64,000 nucleotides of DNA from Obrimoposthia wandeli (lineage: Eukaryota): contig CDROCS010000253.1 of the NCBI GenBank assembly GCA_977020255.1, forward strand, positions 1,612,001 through 1,676,000, read 5' to 3'. Below are positions 50,212 through 62,325 of this stretch, piece by piece. Each line of letters starts with the position of its first letter. Within the stretch, counting starts at the first letter, position 1. Made by a program: the position numbers and the translations under genes. The notes under the pieces were generated by a model. That model ran no database searches, was not told where the DNA came from, and saw only the letters and a program-made list of their open reading frames with translations.

Positions 50212-50832
50212 ATGGTTAAAGACAGCACTGTAGACATAACAAAACTCAGCCAAAGGGGTCTATTGATTTTAGATGCAGCACAAAATCTTTTTTATAATCT
50301 AGGTTTTGATGAAACGTCTTTAGCAATGATCATTAATGAAGCTGGCGGCTCAAGACGTTCTATCTACAATGAGTTTGGAAATAAGCACGGCTTGTTGATG
50401 GCTGTTATTCAAAGGCAAGTAAAAACACAATCTGAAATTTTAACCTCAATAAATCGCGATCTTGAAGCAAAGGAAGCACTCAACCAAGTATGCTTTAAGT
50501 TTGTGGTAGGTATGTTGTCACCAGAGTTAATGTCACTATTTCGTTTAGTCGTTCAGCAAGTAGTAAAGTTTCCTGAATTGGGGGAAATGATATATAAGAA
50601 TGGACCAATGACTGGCATATTGCCTTTAGTTGATTATTTAACCTGGTTGACCGAGCAAAACATTTTAAAAATTGAAAATTGTCATTTTAGTGCGCAAATG
50701 TTAATGGAAATGGCGAAAGGACCGCTCCATACTCGCAGTTTATTATTACCAGATAAAAAAGCCAGCGATGAAGAAATCACTTACCAAGTGAATAAGGCTG
50801 TTGATATCTTTTTACATGCCCACAAAAAGTAA
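50212..50832 (+). CDS. TetR/AcrR family regulator
   Basis: ILDAAQNLFYNLGFDETSL...AGGSRRSIYNEFGNKHGL HTH; ATG at 50212 preferred because the upstream TTG lies within the operators. Confidence 0.9.
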   Translation: MVKDSTVDITKLSQRGLLILDAAQNLFYNLGFDETSLAMIINEAGGSRRSIYNEFGNKHGLLMAVIQRQVKTQSEILTSINRDLEAKEALNQVCFKFVVGMLSPELMSLFRLVVQQVVKFPELGEMIYKNGPMTGILPLVDYLTWLTEQNILKIENCHFSAQMLMEMAKGPLHTRSLLLPDKKASDEEITYQVNKAVDIFLHAHKK

Positions 50833-50892
50833 GAGGATTGCACAAATAAACGACACTTGATGCTTAAGTGTCGTTAACACATGAAAAACTTG

Positions 50893-50927
50893 TTGCTTAC
50901 TGCAATAAGTTTCGTATAATGCCACCC
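50893..50927 (+). promoter_or_regulatory. Sigma-70 promoter upstream of the tRNA
   Basis: TTGCTT-N16-TATAAT followed by the GC-rich GCCACCC discriminator. Confidence 0.55.
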
Positions 50928-51121
50928 TCTTTAGCTTATAGCTAAAGTTACTGTCTCACCGAAGTTGTGTACACAAAGAATTTTGAATCCTTTGCAAAGT
51001 ATACTGACGGTAATTAGTAATCGTTTAGTAAAATAGTTAGACAAAAATAGTTTACAAAGAAATCAGTTTTTAAAGTAAAAAGTGAATTCTTTGCAAATTG
51101 CAAAATATGCTACAGTCCTTT

Positions 51122-51206
51122 GCCGCAGTGGTGGAATTGGTAGACACGTCGGATTCAAAATCCGATTTCGAAAGAAGTGACGGTTCAAGTCCGTCTTGCG
51201 GTACCA
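51122..51206 (+). tRNA. tRNA-Leu (anticodon CAA)
   Basis: 85-nt cloverleaf: acceptor GCCGCAG/TTGCGGT, anticodon arm TCGGA-TTCAAAA-TCCGA, long variable arm, GACGG-TTCAAGT-CCGTC, encoded CCA. Confidence 0.97.
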
Positions 51207-51215
51207 TATAAAGAT

Positions 51216-51247
51216 AGCCCTGATTCGAAAGAGTCGGGGCTTTTTTA
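51216..51247 (+). terminator. Terminator after tRNA-Leu
   Basis: AGCCCTGATTC-GAAA-GAGTCGGGGCT followed by a T-tract. Confidence 0.85.
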
Positions 51248-51277
51248 TGTCCAAAAGATTATGATTAAAAGGTTTAC

Positions 51278-51556
51278 ATGGCCGCTACAGCGCACGCACT
51301 CCATATATTGGTTAAGCACAAAGAAATTGCAGAAGATATTATTAAGCAGCTAGGTAAAGGCGCTAAGTTTCAAACGTTAGCTAAAAAATATTCATCATGT
51401 CCCTCTGGTAAAAAGGGAGGTGATTTAGGTGAGTTTAAGCGAGGTCAAATGGTGCCTCAGTTTGATAAAATAGCCTTTAAGGGCGCAATATTAGAACCTC
51501 ACCTTGTTAAAACTAAATTTGGCTGGCATGTTATTAAAGTGCTTTACAGGACTTAA
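51278..51556 (+). CDS. ppiC: Parvulin-type peptidyl-prolyl isomerase
   Basis: [37 protein letters not shown]. Confidence 0.95.
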   Translation: MAATAHALHILVKHKEIAEDIIKQLGKGAKFQTLAKKYSSCPSGKKGGDLGEFKRGQMVPQFDKIAFKGAILEPHLVKTKFGWHVIKVLYRT

Positions 51557-51585
51557 TTCTTAACTGGTATTTAATGCACGTTATT

Positions 51586-51638
51586 TTCAACATTCGGTTT
51601 AGAAAGAGGTGACGGTTCAATTCCTTCTTTCAGTACCC
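51586..51638 (+). pseudogene. Decayed copy of the tRNA-Leu 3' portion (anticodon loop to acceptor end)
   Basis: 43/53 nt identical to 51154-51206; stems disrupted; ends in CCC rather than CCA. Confidence 0.8.
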
Positions 51639-51665
51639 TTATATGAAAGCCCCCAGTCTTATTAG

Positions 51666-52935
51666 GCCACCCATAATAATTTGTGCATATTTCAATCACT
51701 AAACTAAGCTTAATTTACCTTTGTTAAGTTTGGTGATTGTTATGCCTAAGCCTCGTTCACAACAAATTAGTTTATTAGATACGCCGTATTATCACATTTG
51801 CAGCCGCACGGTACGAAAGGCATTTTTGTGTGGGGTAGATAGGGAGACAGGCGCCAGTTTTGAACATAGGCGTACATGGATTGAAAAGCGTATTTTTCAA
51901 TTAGCTCAGGTATTTTCTATCGATATTTGTGCCCATGCAGTAATGCATAATCACTTACATCTCGTATTACACGTAGATGTCGAGCAAGTCAAAAACTGGT
52001 CAACAGGCGAAGTGCTTACGCGTTGGCATCTATTATTCAAGGGCACACTACTGACTCAAAAATATCAAAATAACCAAGCGCTTGATAAGTTTCAATTGGC
52101 GATGGTTGAAAGTACGGCTGATGTGTATAAAAAGCGATTAATTGATATCAGTTGGTTTATGCGTTCGCTCAATGAGCCTATTGCCCGACAAGCAAACAAA
52201 GAAGACAACTGTACAGGGCACTTTTGGGAAGGGCGTTTTAAATCACAGGCATTACTTGATGAAGGGGCATTACTGTCGTGCATGGCTTATGTTGATTTAA
52301 ATCCCGTACGGGCAGGCATTGCCCGAACATCAGAGCAGTCTGACTTTACCAGTATTCAACTACGCATCAAAGCCGTGATTAAAGGTGAACAACCAAGCTC
52401 GTTATTACCTTTTACGGGTAACGAACACCAACACAAAACAACGGGAATTTGCTTTAGTTTACAAGACTACTTAACACTAGTTGATGAAACAGGGCGTATC
52501 TTGCGTGATGACAAACGTGGTGCTATCAATGATAAAACAGCAAGTATTCTAGCAAGGATTCATATCAGTGATGAAAGCTGGATAAAATTGACCACGAATT
52601 TTGAAAGTATCTTCACAGGTGCGGTAGGTACCGCGGAGCACTTAGGTGAATTTAGTGAACATGTTGGTTTACAACGCGCACACGGTATAGCCAATGCTCA
52701 AGCCTGTTTAAATAGCGCATAGTTCCTCTATTATCAGCAGAAAAATTACTGTTACCTTAAGGTGACGGGCTTAGCTAAATCAAAATTAAGTTAAATTATT
52801 AAATTCTCTCGAAAATATTATCGATAAAGGTTAGTTGGCACTTACTTATGTTCTTACGCATTTTACTTAACCAGAAAATACTCAATCGGCGTGTCATTAT
52901 CATTACTACTTATAGTTGTTCTTATCATGGGTGGC
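51666..52935 (+). mobile_element. Y1 HUH (RAYT/IS200-like) transposase element bounded by 14-bp inverted repeats
   Basis: GCCACCCATAATAA (51666-51679) and TTATCATGGGTGGC (52922-52935), one mismatch, enclosing the transposase. Confidence 0.6.
51742..52722 (+). CDS. Y1 HUH transposase (REP-associated tyrosine transposase/IS200-like)
   Basis: TPYYHICSRTVRKAFLCG, VMHNHLHLVL HUH motif, GHFWEGRFKSQ, MAYVDLNPVRAG catalytic Tyr; ATG at 51742. Confidence 0.88.
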   Translation: MPKPRSQQISLLDTPYYHICSRTVRKAFLCGVDRETGASFEHRRTWIEKRIFQLAQVFSIDICAHAVMHNHLHLVLHVDVEQVKNWSTGEVLTRWHLLFKGTLLTQKYQNNQALDKFQLAMVESTADVYKKRLIDISWFMRSLNEPIARQANKEDNCTGHFWEGRFKSQALLDEGALLSCMAYVDLNPVRAGIARTSEQSDFTSIQLRIKAVIKGEQPSSLLPFTGNEHQHKTTGICFSLQDYLTLVDETGRILRDDKRGAINDKTASILARIHISDESWIKLTTNFESIFTGAVGTAEHLGEFSEHVGLQRAHGIANAQACLNSA

Positions 52936-53768
52936 ATAGTTGTGCTGCATAGTTGTGCTGGTTAAATAGAAGTTTTATTTTATCTCGTCTCGCTTTAATT
53001 GAATAATGGCGTAATACGTTTGAATTAAATGCCCAATGAGACTGATAAACATATTAGTGATATAGAGCACTCACTTTAGAGGCGAATGTAGCTTTTTGGC
53101 GGTGAGAAGGTGCAGGAAGTACCTTATTAGATAGTGCAGGAGCCATTATTCTAAGTAATTTATTGAGCATATTTACTAGCATAAGTATTCACTTCAATCG
53201 ATGCCTTACCTTTAAGTCTTTTAATTTTTTGATGAGTGGAAAATAACTTAATAGACTTTATCATGCTTTATTTGTTGATAATATTTGGAGTGAAATTGTT
53301 GGCTATGACTTCAATCCTTACGTGCTTGCTGTGTTATTTAATTTACGATTACCTATCTTTTTGCTTATTTATTTGTTTTTATGGGCTATTTAAGCAAACG
53401 ATTGTGTTTATTAGTACGTGGGTACAATATTTTATATAACGGTTATTTACTGTAAACGGTGATAGCTTTTAATCATTTTAATAATTTTTTATCGCTGTAT
53501 ATATTCAAATAATCTGCATAGATATTCACAAAACGATTGACTCAGAACTGTTTTACGGGTAATTTTGCCGGCCGCAATTAATAATGACTTTCACAAGTGG
53601 CATATCGTCTCATTAAAGACTCAGTAGAAGTCTGGCGTTCGATGTTAAAGAAATTCTAAGTAATATTCTGATGGTTCAGCCGCGCACATTTTGAGCATTA
53701 AGAATATATGGCTTAATTAGCAAGCAAAAAAAGCTAATAGAAATAGTTTGATGAAATAGGAATAAGCA

Positions 53769-56700
53769 ATGAATAATATGAGCAAAAAATCCCAAGGCCT
53801 TTATCGCGCCGAGTTTGAACATGACAGTTGTGGTATTGGCTTTGTCGCCAACCTAAAGGGTAAAAAAACTCACGATATTATTGAGAATGCACTCACCATG
53901 TTGAGTTGTATGGAACATCGTGGTGGTACTGGTTTCGACGTCAAAAGTGGTGACGGTGCCGGTATTCTTATTCAAATCCCTCACGATTTTTTAAGCCAAG
54001 AAACCGAAAAATTAGGTTTTAGCTTGCCTGAAGCTGGAAACTACGGCGTTGGCATGATTTTCTTTCCGCGCGATAAAGCGCAAAGCGAAGCGTGCAGAGA
54101 CATTTTAAATCAAAATATTATTGAGCTGGGCTTAACCTTACTAGGTTACCGTGATGTCCCAGGTGATAACTCTATGTTAGGTGCCGCTTCATTTGATAGC
54201 GAACCTAATATCGAACAAGTATTTATTGCCAAACCAGCAGCATTAACTGCACAAGAGTTTGAACGTAAGTTATTTGTTCTGCGTAAATATACTTCGCATA
54301 AAATTAACGCTAGCGGTATCACAGAGCGTGATGAGTTTTATGTTACGTCAATGTCGTCAACTAAGGTTGTTTATAAAGGGCAGTTTACCACGCAGCAAGT
54401 TCGTCAATATTATCTTGATCTTCAAGACGAACGAACTATCTCTGGGATGGCGATGTTCCATTCTCGTTTCTCAACCAATACTTTCCCAGCTTGGCGTCGT
54501 GCCCAACCGTTCCGTTATATCGCTCATAATGGCGAAATCAACACGGTTCGCGGTAACATTAACTGGATGAATGCTCGTGAAGCATTATTTAGTTCAGTAA
54601 ATTTTAGCGATGCTGAATTGAAAATGTTAACGCCGATTTGTAATAACGATAACTCTGATTCTGCCAATCTTGATATGGCGATTGAATTATTGGTGCTAAG
54701 TGGACGTTCATTAGCCCAAGTTATGATGATGATGGTGCCAGAAGCATGGCAAACACAAACGGATATGGATCCAACTAAACACGCATTTTATGAGTATTAT
54801 GCTTGTATTATGGAACCGTGGGATGGTCCAGCTTCGTTATCGTTTAGTGATGGTAATGTTATCGGCGCGACCCTTGATCGTAACGGTTTACGTCCTTCAC
54901 GTTACTTGTTAACTGAAGACGGTACTTTGGTGATGGGCTCTGAAACAGGCACTTTATGTGTTGATCAGTCAACTGTTGTTGAAAAAGGCCGTTTGCAGCC
55001 AGGTAAAATATTTATTGCTGATTTAAAGCAAGGTCGCATCATTAGTGACGAAGAAGTAAAACAGCAAGTCAGCTCAGCTCAGCCTTACGGTAAGTGGTTA
55101 GCAGATAACAAAGTTGAATTAGATAAATTACCAGTTCCAATAGCGTCTATTGCCCAACCGCCACTGGCAGAACTGCGTAAAATGCAAAAAGCCTTTGGTT
55201 ATACTAGTGAAGATCTTAACTTAGTGCTTGCGGGCATGGTTGGTACATCAAAAGAGCCATTAGGCGCTATGGGTACAGATACGCCATTAGCCGTATTATC
55301 TAGTCGTCCGCAACAATTGTCTCATTACTTTAAGCAATTATTTGCTCAAGTAACTAACCCGCCAATAGACCCTATTCGTGAAGAGTTAGTTATGTCATTG
55401 CGTGGTTATATTGGTAAGTCGTTTAATTTACTAGATGAAACACCAGAGCATTGCCACAAAGTTGAAATTGAACAGCCGGTATTAACAATCGATCAATTAC
55501 GCAAGTTACAGTATATTGATAATAATCATCTGCAATCAAAAACCATTGCTATTACTTTTAAAGCTAGCGGTGAAGCTGGCGCACTTAAAAAGGCGCTTGA
55601 TCGCGTCTGTTTTAACGCAAAAAGTGCCGTTGAAGATGGTTATGAAATCCTAATTTTAAGTGATCGTGAAGTTGATAGTGACCATGTTGCTATTCCATCG
55701 GTATTAGCAACAGCAGCTGTACATCATTATTTGATTCGCGAAAAATTACGTTCTGGTGCTGATATTATTTTAGAATCAGGAGACATCCGTGAAACGCATC
55801 ATTTTGCTACCGTTATTGGTTATGGCGCAGCAGCGGTAAACCCTTACTTAGCGCTAGAAAGTATGTATGGCTTACGTGATGAAGGCGTACTTGACAGCAA
55901 GTTAACTGACGAAGAAATTGTTGCTAAGTACACAGCAGCAGTAGGTAGTGGTTTATTGAAAACCTTCTCTAAAATGGGTATTTCAACACTACAGTCTTAT
56001 TTAGGTGCGCAAGTTTTTGAAGCATTGGGTATTAACTCTGATGTTATCGATGAGTACTTTACGGGTACGGTTAGTCGAATCCAAGGTTTAAGCCTTGATC
56101 AAATCGCTCAAGAAGCACTTTTACGTCATCGTGAAGGTTTCCCTGACGCGAGTCGTATTGCGGTTGAAAATTTATTACCTACAGGTGGTGAATATTCGTG
56201 GCGTAATGATGGCGAACGTCATCTATTTAGCCCAACAGTTATTCGTTTATTGCAACATTCCACAGCAAGTAACAATACTAACCAGTTTAAGCAGTATGCA
56301 AAAACAGTTGATGATCAAAGTAAAGAAGCCTTTACCTTACGTGGCTTACTTGAACTGAGTAGCGATCGTCCTGCAATTGACATCAGTGAAGTTGAACCTA
56401 TTGAAAATATTTTCAAACGTTTTGCCTCAGGTGCTATGTCATTTGGTTCAATCTCGTGGGAAGCACATACCACGTTAGCTATTGCTATGAACCGTATTGG
56501 CGGTAAGAGCAACAGCGGTGAAGGTGGTGAAGATCCTATTCGTTTCACACCGTTAGAAAATGGCGATTCGATGAACTCGCGCATTAAGCAAGTTGCTTCT
56601 GGTCGTTTTGGTGTTACCAGTCATTACTTAGCTAATGCAGACGAATTACAAATTAAAATGGCGCAGGGCGCTAAACCGGGCGAGGGTGGTCAGTTACCTG

Positions 56701-58382
56701 GCGACAAAGTTGATGCTTGGATTGGTAAAACACGTGGTTCAACACCAGGAGTTGGTTTGATTTCACCACCGCCACATCATGATATTTATTCTATTGAAGA
56801 TTTATCACAGCTTATTTTTGATCTTAAAAATGCTAACCGTGAAGCACGTATTAACGTTAAATTAGTGTCAGAAGCCGGTGTAGGTACGATCGCATCAGGT
56901 GTTGCTAAAGCGTATGCTGATGTAGTACTGATTGCAGGTCACGATGGCGGCACAGGTGCTTCACCATTGAGCTCAATTAAGCATACGGGCTTACCGTGGG
57001 AACTTGGTTTGGCTGAAACCCATCAGACCTTGGTACGTAATCATTTACGTAGCCGTATTACCGTACAAACTGATGGTCAGCTTAAAACACCACGCGATTT
57101 AGCGATTGCCACATTACTTGGTGCAGAAGAATATGGTATGGCAACCACTGCGTTAGTGGTTGAAGGTTGTATCATGATGCGTAAGTGTCATTTAAATACG
57201 TGTCCAGTGGGTATCGCTACCCAAGATAAAGAGTTACGTGATCGCTTTACCGGTCGTGCTGATATTCTAGTTAACTTCTTTACCATGATGGCTGAAGGTT
57301 TACGTGAAATCATGGCTGAGCTAGGCTTTAGAAGCATTGAAGAAATGGTTGGTCAGACTCAGTGTCTTAAGCAACTTGAAAATGTTGATCATTGGAAATA
57401 CCAAGGACTTGATTTAACGCCGTTATTGCACAAAGAAGAATCTCACGAGAGTGAAACGCTTTATCAATCAATCAATCAGAAGCATTTAATTGACGATATT
57501 ATTGATCGCAAGATGATGGTAGATGCAAAAGCTGCGCTTGATTCGCAGCAAAGTGTTGAATTGGAATATGATGTTATCAATACTGATAGAACAGTTGGTG
57601 CCATGATTTCTAATGAAATCTCTAAGAAGTATCAAGCTGAAGGATTACCAGAAAACACTATCAAAGTTAAGTTTAACGGCTCTGCAGGTCAAAGTTTTGG
57701 TTGTTTCTCAGCTAAAGGTTTGCGTTTTGAACTTGAAGGCGATGCTAATGATTACTTTGGTAAAGGCTTATCGGGTGCAAACCTTGTGGTTTACCCAAGT
57801 AAACAAGCTAAGTTCTCAGCTAGCGAAAATATTCTGATTGGTAATGTTGCCTTCTTTGGTGGAACATCAGGAACTGCCTTTATACGTGGTATTGCTGGCG
57901 AACGTTTCTGTGTTCGTAACTCAGGTGTAACAGCCGTTGTTGAAGGTGTTGGTGATCACGGTTGTGAATACATGACGGGTGGTAAAGCCGTAATATTAGG
58001 CGCAACAGGACGAAACTTTGCTGCGGGTATGTCGGGCGGTGTTGCTTATGTACTTGATGACAACAATGACTTTGCTGCTAAATGCAACATGGAAATGGTT
58101 TCATTAGAAACGGTTGACACTGACACTGATGCTGAAAGCCTTGAATTAAAAGCGCTGATTACTGAGCATTTTGATGCAACAGGCTCAGATGTTGCCAGTG
58201 ACTTACTTAAGGATTGGGACAACAATGTTAAGCGCTTTGTTAAAGTTATGCCGGTTGATTACAAACGCATGCAAGGTTACATGAATGACGTGCGTAATAG
58301 CGGAGATTTCGAATCAGAATATGACATTGCGGTTAAAGCTTTCGATATCCATTTAAACAAACTAGCTAGCGCAAAAGCTTAA
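53769..58382 (+). CDS. gltB: Glutamate synthase large subunit
   Basis: [10 protein letters not shown]-terminal Cys, [37 protein letters not shown]. Confidence 0.99.
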   Translation: MNNMSKKSQGLYRAEFEHDSCGIGFVANLKGKKTHDIIENALTMLSCMEHRGGTGFDVKSGDGAGILIQIPHDFLSQETEKLGFSLPEAGNYGVGMIFFPRDKAQSEACRDILNQNIIELGLTLLGYRDVPGDNSMLGAASFDSEPNIEQVFIAKPAALTAQEFERKLFVLRKYTSHKINASGITERDEFYVTSMSSTKVVYKGQFTTQQVRQYYLDLQDERTISGMAMFHSRFSTNTFPAWRRAQPFRYIAHNGEINTVRGNINWMNAREALFSSVNFSDAELKMLTPICNNDNSDSANLDMAIELLVLSGRSLAQVMMMMVPEAWQTQTDMDPTKHAFYEYYACIMEPWDGPASLSFSDGNVIGATLDRNGLRPSRYLLTEDGTLVMGSETGTLCVDQSTVVEKGRLQPGKIFIADLKQGRIISDEEVKQQVSSAQPYGKWLADNKVELDKLPVPIASIAQPPLAELRKMQKAFGYTSEDLNLVLAGMVGTSKEPLGAMGTDTPLAVLSSRPQQLSHYFKQLFAQVTNPPIDPIREELVMSLRGYIGKSFNLLDETPEHCHKVEIEQPVLTIDQLRKLQYIDNNHLQSKTIAITFKASGEAGALKKALDRVCFNAKSAVEDGYEILILSDREVDSDHVAIPSVLATAAVHHYLIREKLRSGADIILESGDIRETHHFATVIGYGAAAVNPYLALESMYGLRDEGVLDSKLTDEEIVAKYTAAVGSGLLKTFSKMGISTLQSYLGAQVFEALGINSDVIDEYFTGTVSRIQGLSLDQIAQEALLRHREGFPDASRIAVENLLPTGGEYSWRNDGERHLFSPTVIRLLQHSTASNNTNQFKQYAKTVDDQSKEAFTLRGLLELSSDRPAIDISEVEPIENIFKRFASGAMSFGSISWEAHTTLAIAMNRIGGKSNSGEGGEDPIRFTPLENGDSMNSRIKQVASGRFGVTSHYLANADELQIKMAQGAKPGEGGQLPGDKVDAWIGKTRGSTPGVGLISPPPHHDIYSIEDLSQLIFDLKNANREARINVKLVSEAGVGTIASGVAKAYADVVLIAGHDGGTGASPLSSIKHTGLPWELGLAETHQTLVRNHLRSRITVQTDGQLKTPRDLAIATLLGAEEYGMATTALVVEGCIMMRKCHLNTCPVGIATQDKELRDRFTGRADILVNFFTMMAEGLREIMAELGFRSIEEMVGQTQCLKQLENVDHWKYQGLDLTPLLHKEESHESETLYQSINQKHLIDDIIDRKMMVDAKAALDSQQSVELEYDVINTDRTVGAMISNEISKKYQAEGLPENTIKVKFNGSAGQSFGCFSAKGLRFELEGDANDYFGKGLSGANLVVYPSKQAKFSASENILIGNVAFFGGTSGTAFIRGIAGERFCVRNSGVTAVVEGVGDHGCEYMTGGKAVILGATGRNFAAGMSGGVAYVLDDNNDFAAKCNMEMVSLETVDTDTDAESLELKALITEHFDATGSDVASDLLKDWDNNVKRFVKVMPVDYKRMQGYMNDVRNSGDFESEYDIAVKAFDIHLNKLASAKA

Positions 58383-58402
58383 GCTGCCAAGGAGAATATA
58401 TT

Positions 58403-59893
58403 ATGGGAAATCCAACTGGGTTTATCAACGTAGGTCGTGCCTTGCCAACTGAACGTAAAGCAGGTGAACGTTTATCTGACTGGCTTGAAGTCTATGAAGA
58501 AATACCATTAAAAGCGGTAGAGAAACAAGCTTCTCGCTGTATGGACTGTGGTGTACCATTTTGCCAATCGGCAAAATCAGAGTTTGCACCTGCTGTTGCT
58601 GGTTGTCCGGTTAACAATGTTATCCCTGAGTGGAATGACTTGATTTATCGAGGCCGCTGGAAAGATGCAATCGAGTTATTGCATAAAACCAATAACTTCC
58701 CTGAGTTTACGGGTCGTGTATGTCCAGCACCGTGTGAAGGCGCTTGTGTATTAGGTATCAATGCTGATCCTGTAGCGATTAAATTGCATGAAAAAGAAAT
58801 TATTGACCATGCCTTTAAAGAAGGTTGGGTAGTCGCTCAGCCACCATCAGCACGTACCGGTAAAAACGTTGCAGTTATTGGCTCAGGTCCTGCTGGCCTT
58901 GCTGCCGCAGCACAGCTTAATAAAGCAGGCCATATGGTTACTGTCTATGAACGTGCCGATCGTATCGGTGGTTTGTTAATGTACGGTATTCCAAATATGA
59001 AATTGCAAAAAGAATTAGTACAACGTCGCGTTGATATTTTAGCGGAAGAAGGCATTGTCTTTGTTACTAATACCGAAGTAGGTAAAGACGTTAGTGTTGA
59101 ACAACTTGAAACTGACTTTGATGCGGTAGTGTTATGTATTGGCGCAACGGTGCCACGTGATTTACCTGTTGAAGGCCGTGAACTTAACGGTGTTCATTTT
59201 GCTATGGATTTCTTGAAAGCGAATACTAAAAGTTTACTTGATAGTGAACACAAAGATGGCCAGTTCATTAATGCCCAAGGCAAAAATGTTGTGGTTATTG
59301 GTGGTGGTGATACCGGTACCGATTGTATTGGTACTTCATTACGTCATCAGTGTAGCAGAGCTATACAACTAGAAATCATGCCGCGTCCGCCAGAAAAACG
59401 TGAAGAGAGTAGTAACCCTTGGCCACAATGGCCAAAACGTTTGTTAGTTGATTACGGCCAAAAAGAAGCAATTGCGACTCAAGGGCAAGATCCTCGTCAA
59501 TACTTAGTGATGACTAAGAAAATTGAAAGTGATGGACAGGGCAATGTTAAAGCGGTTCATACTGTCGATATTACTTGGGAACGCAATGACAAAGGTCAAA
59601 TGTTCCCACAGGAAGTTGCTGGCAGTGAAAAAGCTATTCCAGCCGATATCGTACTCATCGCAATGGGCTTTATGGGCCCTGAAGGTGGCTTGGTTGAGCA
59701 GTTTGGTCTTGAGCAAGACAATCGCTCTAACATAGCTGCAGAATACGATAAGTTTGCTACCAGCAAGCAAGGCGTATTCGCTGCTGGTGATGGTCGCCGT
59801 GGTCAAAGCTTGATTGTTTGGGCAATTGATGAAGGTCGTCGTTGTGCGCGTGAAGTAGACAGTTACCTAATGGGTAAGAGCTACTTACCTTAA
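58403..59893 (+). CDS. gltD: Glutamate synthase small subunit
   Basis: [41 protein letters not shown]. Confidence 0.98.
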   Translation: MGNPTGFINVGRALPTERKAGERLSDWLEVYEEIPLKAVEKQASRCMDCGVPFCQSAKSEFAPAVAGCPVNNVIPEWNDLIYRGRWKDAIELLHKTNNFPEFTGRVCPAPCEGACVLGINADPVAIKLHEKEIIDHAFKEGWVVAQPPSARTGKNVAVIGSGPAGLAAAAQLNKAGHMVTVYERADRIGGLLMYGIPNMKLQKELVQRRVDILAEEGIVFVTNTEVGKDVSVEQLETDFDAVVLCIGATVPRDLPVEGRELNGVHFAMDFLKANTKSLLDSEHKDGQFINAQGKNVVVIGGGDTGTDCIGTSLRHQCSRAIQLEIMPRPPEKREESSNPWPQWPKRLLVDYGQKEAIATQGQDPRQYLVMTKKIESDGQGNVKAVHTVDITWERNDKGQMFPQEVAGSEKAIPADIVLIAMGFMGPEGGLVEQFGLEQDNRSNIAAEYDKFATSKQGVFAAGDGRRGQSLIVWAIDEGRRCAREVDSYLMGKSYLP

Positions 59894-60067
59894 ACAATTA
59901 GTGACTACCGCTATATTTTTAAACTAGCATCCTATAAAAGTCCTATCGTGTGCATTACGGTGGGATTTTTTATAATGGACACATTAACAACTAGTATGAC
60001 GACTCATTGTATTTTATCAAAAGTGTCTATAATAGAAATAAATAATAAACTTCATTAAAGGAACCCT

Positions 60068-62053
60068 ATGAATTTACTTAATAACTTAGTGTTTAAACAA
60101 AAGTTAATATTACTTGTGTTAATACCACTTCTGGCCACATTGTATTTTAGCTTGAGTAATTTAAATACTCTGACATCAAAACAAGGGCAGCTTGAAGATA
60201 TTCAAGAATTGATTACGCTAACGGTTGCTAATAATGCACTTGTTCATGAGTTACAAAAAGAGCGTGGTGCCACTGCTGTTTATCTAGAAAGTAAAGGTGA
60301 AAAATTTTCTTACGAGTTAACTGAGCAACGAAAACTAACCAATAAAGCTCACACACACTTAAAGGTAAAATTAGCAGGTTTCTCTTCTGATAACGATAAA
60401 GTAAATAATATTGTCTTAACGATTAAAAGTGGCTTATTAAAATTAGAGGAAATTAGATCTAGCTCTGATAGACTCTCAATTTCACTCAGTGATGCTATTG
60501 GTTACTACACAACTCAAAACCATGAGATGCTTAGCTTAGCAGCGTTATTTTCAACGATCAGTCCAACAGAAACCGTCAGTAACGCCATTGCATATTATGT
60601 TCTTTTAGAAGCTAAAGAGCGGGCGGGTATAGAGCGGGCAGTTGCTAGCGGTGGTTTTTCAAAGGATAAGTTCACACAATCGGCCTTTCAAAAATTTACT
60701 AATCTAGTGGCTCTGCAAGATAGTTATTTAGAGCAATTCAGCGCTAAAGCATCATCGAAAATCATAAACGCTTATCAAAATAGCTTAAATAATAATGCTG
60801 TAGTTGAAGTCAATAGAATGAGAACAGTGGCATTATCTGTTGGTCAAGTTGGACCTTTCAATGTTGATGCGAGTGCATGGTTTAAAAGCGCGACAGGAAG
60901 AATTAATTTACTAAAAGATATTGAGAACCTAGTTGCTGATGAGTTCATTACTGACATAGATAAGCTGCTTCATGAAGCAAGTAGAGGAGTCAGTATTGAT
61001 TTGATTATTATTATTACAACTTTCATTATGACTATTTTTATTGTCTACGTTATTTTGACAAACTTAATTAAGCAATTGAATGAGATTTCAGTAACGATGG
61101 ATAAAGTAACTGAACATAATGATTTAACGGTACAGGCAAGTGTTTTTAGCACGGATGAGTTGGGTAGTATTGCCAAAGGCTTAAATAAAACACTTAGTAC
61201 CTTTTCTAATGCAATCACTGAAATAAAAAGTAGTAGCATTTCTCTTGCCGCTTCAGCACAACAATCATCTGTCATTGTGAATAATAACGTCGATAGTTTA
61301 CAACAGCAGCGTGATGAAACTGCTCAAGTGGCTACTGCAATAGAAGAAATGTCAGCCACGGTACAAGAAGTTTCTCGTAATGCCAATGAGGCTATGTCAT
61401 CAACGCATCAAGTAAATACTCAAGCAATAGAGAGCCAGACTGTGGTAGGGAACTCATTAGAAGCAATCAATAATTTAGCGACAGAAGTATCTGAAATAGG
61501 CACGCTGATATCAGGATTGCACTCTACAACGTCAAATATATCAAATGTTATTGATGTTATTAAAGGTATCGCTGACCAAACTAACTTACTTGCTCTGAAT
61601 GCAGCAATAGAAGCAGCAAGAGCAGGAGAGCAAGGACGAGGCTTTGCCGTAGTGGCAGATGAAGTTAGGACCTTAGCTCAACGTACTCAAGATTCCACTA
61701 TTGAAATTGAAGAAATTATCAATCAATTGCAAAGCGAAGCCAGCAATGCAAATACGATGGTGGCTGGTACCCAAAAACGTGCTGATGAAAGTATTGATGG
61801 TGCTCATCAAATTGAATTATCACTGACAAGTATCGTCACGGCAGTATCGGATATAAATCTGATGATCGAACAAATTGCTACTGCAGCAGAAGAACAAGTT
61901 AGCGTCACGGAAGATATCAATAAAAATGTTAATGATATAGATAAGAAGTCTTCTGAAATAACATCGGGAGCACAAGATGTATCTCTGGCAGCTAGTGAGC
62001 AAGTAGATATTGCTAATAATCTTGAAAAGTTGGCTGCTAAGTTTTTAGTATAG
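60068..62053 (+). CDS. Methyl-accepting chemotaxis protein with NIT (nitrate/nitrite-sensing) periplasmic domain
   Basis: TM1; [10 protein letters not shown] and [14 protein letters not shown] motifs; TM2-HAMP; [34 protein letters not shown]. Confidence 0.9.
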   Translation: MNLLNNLVFKQKLILLVLIPLLATLYFSLSNLNTLTSKQGQLEDIQELITLTVANNALVHELQKERGATAVYLESKGEKFSYELTEQRKLTNKAHTHLKVKLAGFSSDNDKVNNIVLTIKSGLLKLEEIRSSSDRLSISLSDAIGYYTTQNHEMLSLAALFSTISPTETVSNAIAYYVLLEAKERAGIERAVASGGFSKDKFTQSAFQKFTNLVALQDSYLEQFSAKASSKIINAYQNSLNNNAVVEVNRMRTVALSVGQVGPFNVDASAWFKSATGRINLLKDIENLVADEFITDIDKLLHEASRGVSIDLIIIITTFIMTIFIVYVILTNLIKQLNEISVTMDKVTEHNDLTVQASVFSTDELGSIAKGLNKTLSTFSNAITEIKSSSISLAASAQQSSVIVNNNVDSLQQQRDETAQVATAIEEMSATVQEVSRNANEAMSSTHQVNTQAIESQTVVGNSLEAINNLATEVSEIGTLISGLHSTTSNISNVIDVIKGIADQTNLLALNAAIEAARAGEQGRGFAVVADEVRTLAQRTQDSTIEIEEIINQLQSEASNANTMVAGTQKRADESIDGAHQIELSLTSIVTAVSDINLMIEQIATAAEEQVSVTEDINKNVNDIDKKSSEITSGAQDVSLAASEQVDIANNLEKLAAKFLV

Positions 62054-62062
62054 GTAGCAATT

Positions 62063-62099
62063 TAAGTTAACGGTTACTCATGACGTAACCGTTAACTTA
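62063..62099. terminator. 15-bp stem hairpin after the MCP gene
   Basis: TAAGTTAACGGTTAC-TCATGAC-GTAACCGTTAACTTA. Confidence 0.65.
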
Positions 62100-62127
62100 C
62101 TAAACCTTTATCCTCAGCATATTTTTC

Positions 62128-62204
62128 GAACAACCATTCTATTCAATCAATGTCTTGCTAAAATACGTTTCTAACTACAGCTGAAAACAGCATCTTCATG
62201 TGGT
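62128..62204 (+). repeat. Degenerate right-hand fragment of the ERIC-like element
   Basis: GAACAACCATTCTATTCAATCAATGTCTTG...CAGCTGAAAACAGCATCTTCA aligns with the right-hand part of the 40215-40481 element. Confidence 0.7.
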
Positions 62205-62325
62205 TTTAATTCCCACTTAAATCCTACACTTTGATTGGTAACGGGTATAAATATTAATCCGTAGGTGTAACAGGGAAGGTATTGCTGTAAATTAGTCATC
62301 TGCTTACTCTTTTATACGAATCATC

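Noticed and set aside
50973-50994. Minus-strand hairpin with a TTCAAAA loop, like a Leu-CAA anticodon arm
   Set aside because: No D arm, T arm or acceptor stem; probably chance
51063-51254. 63-aa minus-strand ORF
   Set aside because: Antisense to tRNA-Leu and its terminator
53236-53439. 67-aa hydrophobic ORF upstream of gltB
   Set aside because: AT-rich low-complexity sequence with a GTG start and no clear RBS; probably part of the gltB regulatory region
60007-60020. FNR-like site TTGTA-N4-ATCAA upstream of the NIT MCP
   Set aside because: One half-site has two mismatches in AT-rich DNA; too weak to call
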